In this document: in pieces, positions 61,741-64,000 of the stretch | How the letters are laid out: every line of letters starts with the position of its first letter | How positions within the stretch are numbered: the stretch's first letter is position 1 | Source: Anthoceros angustus | Taxonomy: Eukaryota > Plantae > Anthocerotophyta | DNA: 64,000 nt | Assembly: GCA_010909165.1 (NCBI GenBank) | Contig: MU008162.1 | Span: 434,001 to 498,000, forward strand | Direction: 5' to 3' | Made by a program: the position numbers and the translations under genes | The notes under the pieces: generated by a model | Databases searched by the model: none | What the model saw: only the letters and a program-made list of their open reading frames with translations | What the model was told of the DNA's origin: nothing

Positions 61741-64000
61741 ATGAGGGAAGTGGAGGTGGCATCGGGCAGACACGCTCTGGCGCGCTACGATGCCCTGTTT
61801 GCCAGGAGAGTGGGCATGGCGGGGATTTTGCCCACCGACCGCATTGGTGGGACTTGGATTGCTTGCTGTTTGGCTCTGGAGTGAGTGAGTTCGTGTGAGC
61901 CTGATTCACTCTGTGCTGCTGTGCTGTGGTTGGATGGAATTGGCGCAGGGATTGCTGTGTCCGGAGGTCCAGACAGCATGGCTCTGTGCATACTCACGGA
62001 ACGCTGGTGGAGATCCCACCACTCGGATAACAGCAAGTCGACGAGCCATGTGGAAGGCGTCCTTGGTCTTGTGGTGGATCACGGGTTGAGGGGCAACAGC
62101 GGCCTTGAAGCCAAATGCGTGCAGGAATGGGTGTCAGATATCGGTATGCAGCCGCCCACCTCACTTTCTCTCTTCTCAAGCCTGAGTCTGAGGCTGCCAC
62201 ACTCACTTACTTACCTTTTGTGTTTGAAGGATTTGGGTGTGACATACTTCAGTGCCACTGGCCTCATGGTATGCCTGCCCAACCGCAACTGCAGGAAGCT
62301 GCACGTGACGCCCGGTACCAGAGCTGCCTCTCTTGCTTCAGCCAGGCATGGAATATCATTCTCCTGCACCCAGTCAGTCATCTCGGTTACCCCTTCCACA
62401 CGTGGTCTGCAGATACACCTTGCTTCAGCAGAAATGCGAGCTCAACGGCATCCCTATCTTGCTGACGGCACATCATGCTGATGACCAGGTATGAGTCGTC
62501 AAGGATCCTAGGAGCCAGTCATCAGCCCACGCCGGCTGCCTCACATTGCTGATCCCTTGTTCTCCTGCAGGCTGAGCTCTTCGTCATGAGGTTGTCGCGC
62601 AAGAGCGGTGTAGCAGGGCTTGCAGGTATGGCTTTTGTATCTGATCTTGCCCCCCGTTTGGATCCGGCATGCTCAGGACCTCAAAATGGCGTGCTCCTCA
62701 TCAGGCCATTACTCGACTTCAGTAAGCAGGACTTGAAGGATGTGAGCCCACAGCGCATGTGCTTGGCAAACCCTGTTTTCTCCAGGGAGAGGTGTATCCT
62801 CTCAAACTCTTGTTTCCGGTGCCTGGCTTTGTCAGGTTTGTGAGGAGGTTGGTCAGAGCTGGGTGGAGGATCCGACAAATGCCAACCCAGCCTTTCTTAG
62901 GACCCGTGTTCGTGAGGCCTTGAGTAAGGCGCCTCCTGGTAACAAGTCTCCCTCTCTGACAAGCTCGCTTTCCTTTTTTTCCCGGATATTTTGGATAACG
63001 TCATGTTTTTTCCTGGATAACCTGGGTATCCTGTGCTTTGGATAACACCGTGATCATGTTTTTTTCCGGATTATATGGATAAAATCATGTTTTCTTGATA
63101 ATTTGAGTATCATGTGTTTTGGATAACACCGTGATGACTCATCTGAGTGGTGTAGTTTTCAAGGAAGAGTTAGCCAAGTTCATCACTTCTTGTCGAGAAA
63201 CACGGGAAATCCTGGACAGGGCCAGAGACAAACTGCTGTCGGAAGCCGTGAAAATCTCCCAGGTAGCAGCTAATCCTCACTTGGGTCAGTGTGTGTCTGT
63301 CACCGACGTGCTTATATGTGGCACTCGACGTCTGTTTCGGCAGGAGTTCGGTTATGCCACTCTAGATATCGGAAAACTTGCCGCGAGTAATGCAGACGCC
63401 TCAGTGCAGTTCAGGGTGGTGGTGGCAATCCTCCAGGCAGGTATTCAACTTGGCCCGCTCGTCCTGTTTCGGAGGTAATGAATTTGGACGGTTGCATCGT
63501 GTCTTACACCCAGAGGACTGGCTCGGCATGGTTACAGTATGTGGGGCAGAAGGACAAACCTCCCCGAGGCAGGATTGTGCAAACGTTGCTTGACAAGATG
63601 CGTGGAGGAAGGATGAAGGTGTGGTACAGTTTGCCAACCTTGATATCACTCACCTGCTTTCCTTACAACAAGCGCTCAGCTTGCAACACACATAATCTGG
63701 TGACTGCTGCAGGGAGCCTTGGAAGCAGGAGGATGCTTCATATGTGCTGCTCCAGGCACCAAGGGATCAGTCGTCATGTTCACCTGGTCCCCTGACAGCA
63801 CACAGCCAGTCTTGTCACCCTTCAGACAACATCCACCCCTCCTGGGCACACTGGGCAGCGCGGCTGCATCTGACGCGCTCAACGAAGCAAGGCAGCGCAA
63901 GGCAGAGATCCTGTCAGAGGTCTCCCGACCCACACAAGACATGACTTCAGAACCCAACTTCCTCCCCGACACCAGGTTGCCAGGCAGCCACAGCTCCATC
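61741..64000 (+). CDS. RSY3: tRNA(Ile)-lysidine synthase TilS / RASPBERRY3-like, 3'-partial
   Basis: Exons 61741-61846, 61949-62143, 62230-62314, 62413-62488, 62571-62741, 62836-62938, 63156-63262, 63344-63436, 63538-63618, 63713->64000. Motifs GIAVSGGPDSMAL (PP-loop), VDHGLR, QEAARDARY, LLTAHHADDQAE, IRPLL, WVEDPTN..RTRVR. Confidence 0.95.

Noticed and set aside
60447-61898. 483-aa plus-strand ORF, the longest in the track
   Set aside because: Antisense shadow of the GC-rich ICMT-family gene; no motifs.

Overview
Nuclear DNA of a land plant, probably seed-free. PLS-type PPR remnants, GC-rich coding sequence and mostly 80-220 nt GT-AG introns suggest a hornwort, lycophyte or fern (inference). 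The window has two compartments. (1) About 1-54 kb is repeat-rich and degenerate. It holds a Sola2-like DDD transposase pseudogene, many 0.3-1.5 kb tandem duplications, a ~19 kb array of a ~2.6 kb unit plus an orphan copy, two CACTA-type termini, a complete TRIM, two CRE-like non-LTR fragments, a Ty3/gypsy remnant, a Harbinger-like element with a nested TA-MITE, and a PPR pseudogene. The most notable item here is a decayed, intron-bearing, prokaryote-type beta-class N6A/N4C DNA methyltransferase gene (39.8-41.2 kb). (2) About 54-64 kb is gene-dense. It holds two paralogous MGxxxS-initiated acidic ORFs, an 11-exon divergent NOT9/RCD1 gene, an ICMT-family membrane methyltransferase gene and, head-to-head with it, a TilS/RSY3 gene running off the window. 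Caveat: repeat copies differ mainly by small indels in CG/CHG-rich tracts, and some duplications are nearly letter-perfect. Many frameshifts and some copy numbers may therefore be long-read or assembly artefacts. All homology calls are from motif recognition by eye, not database searches.
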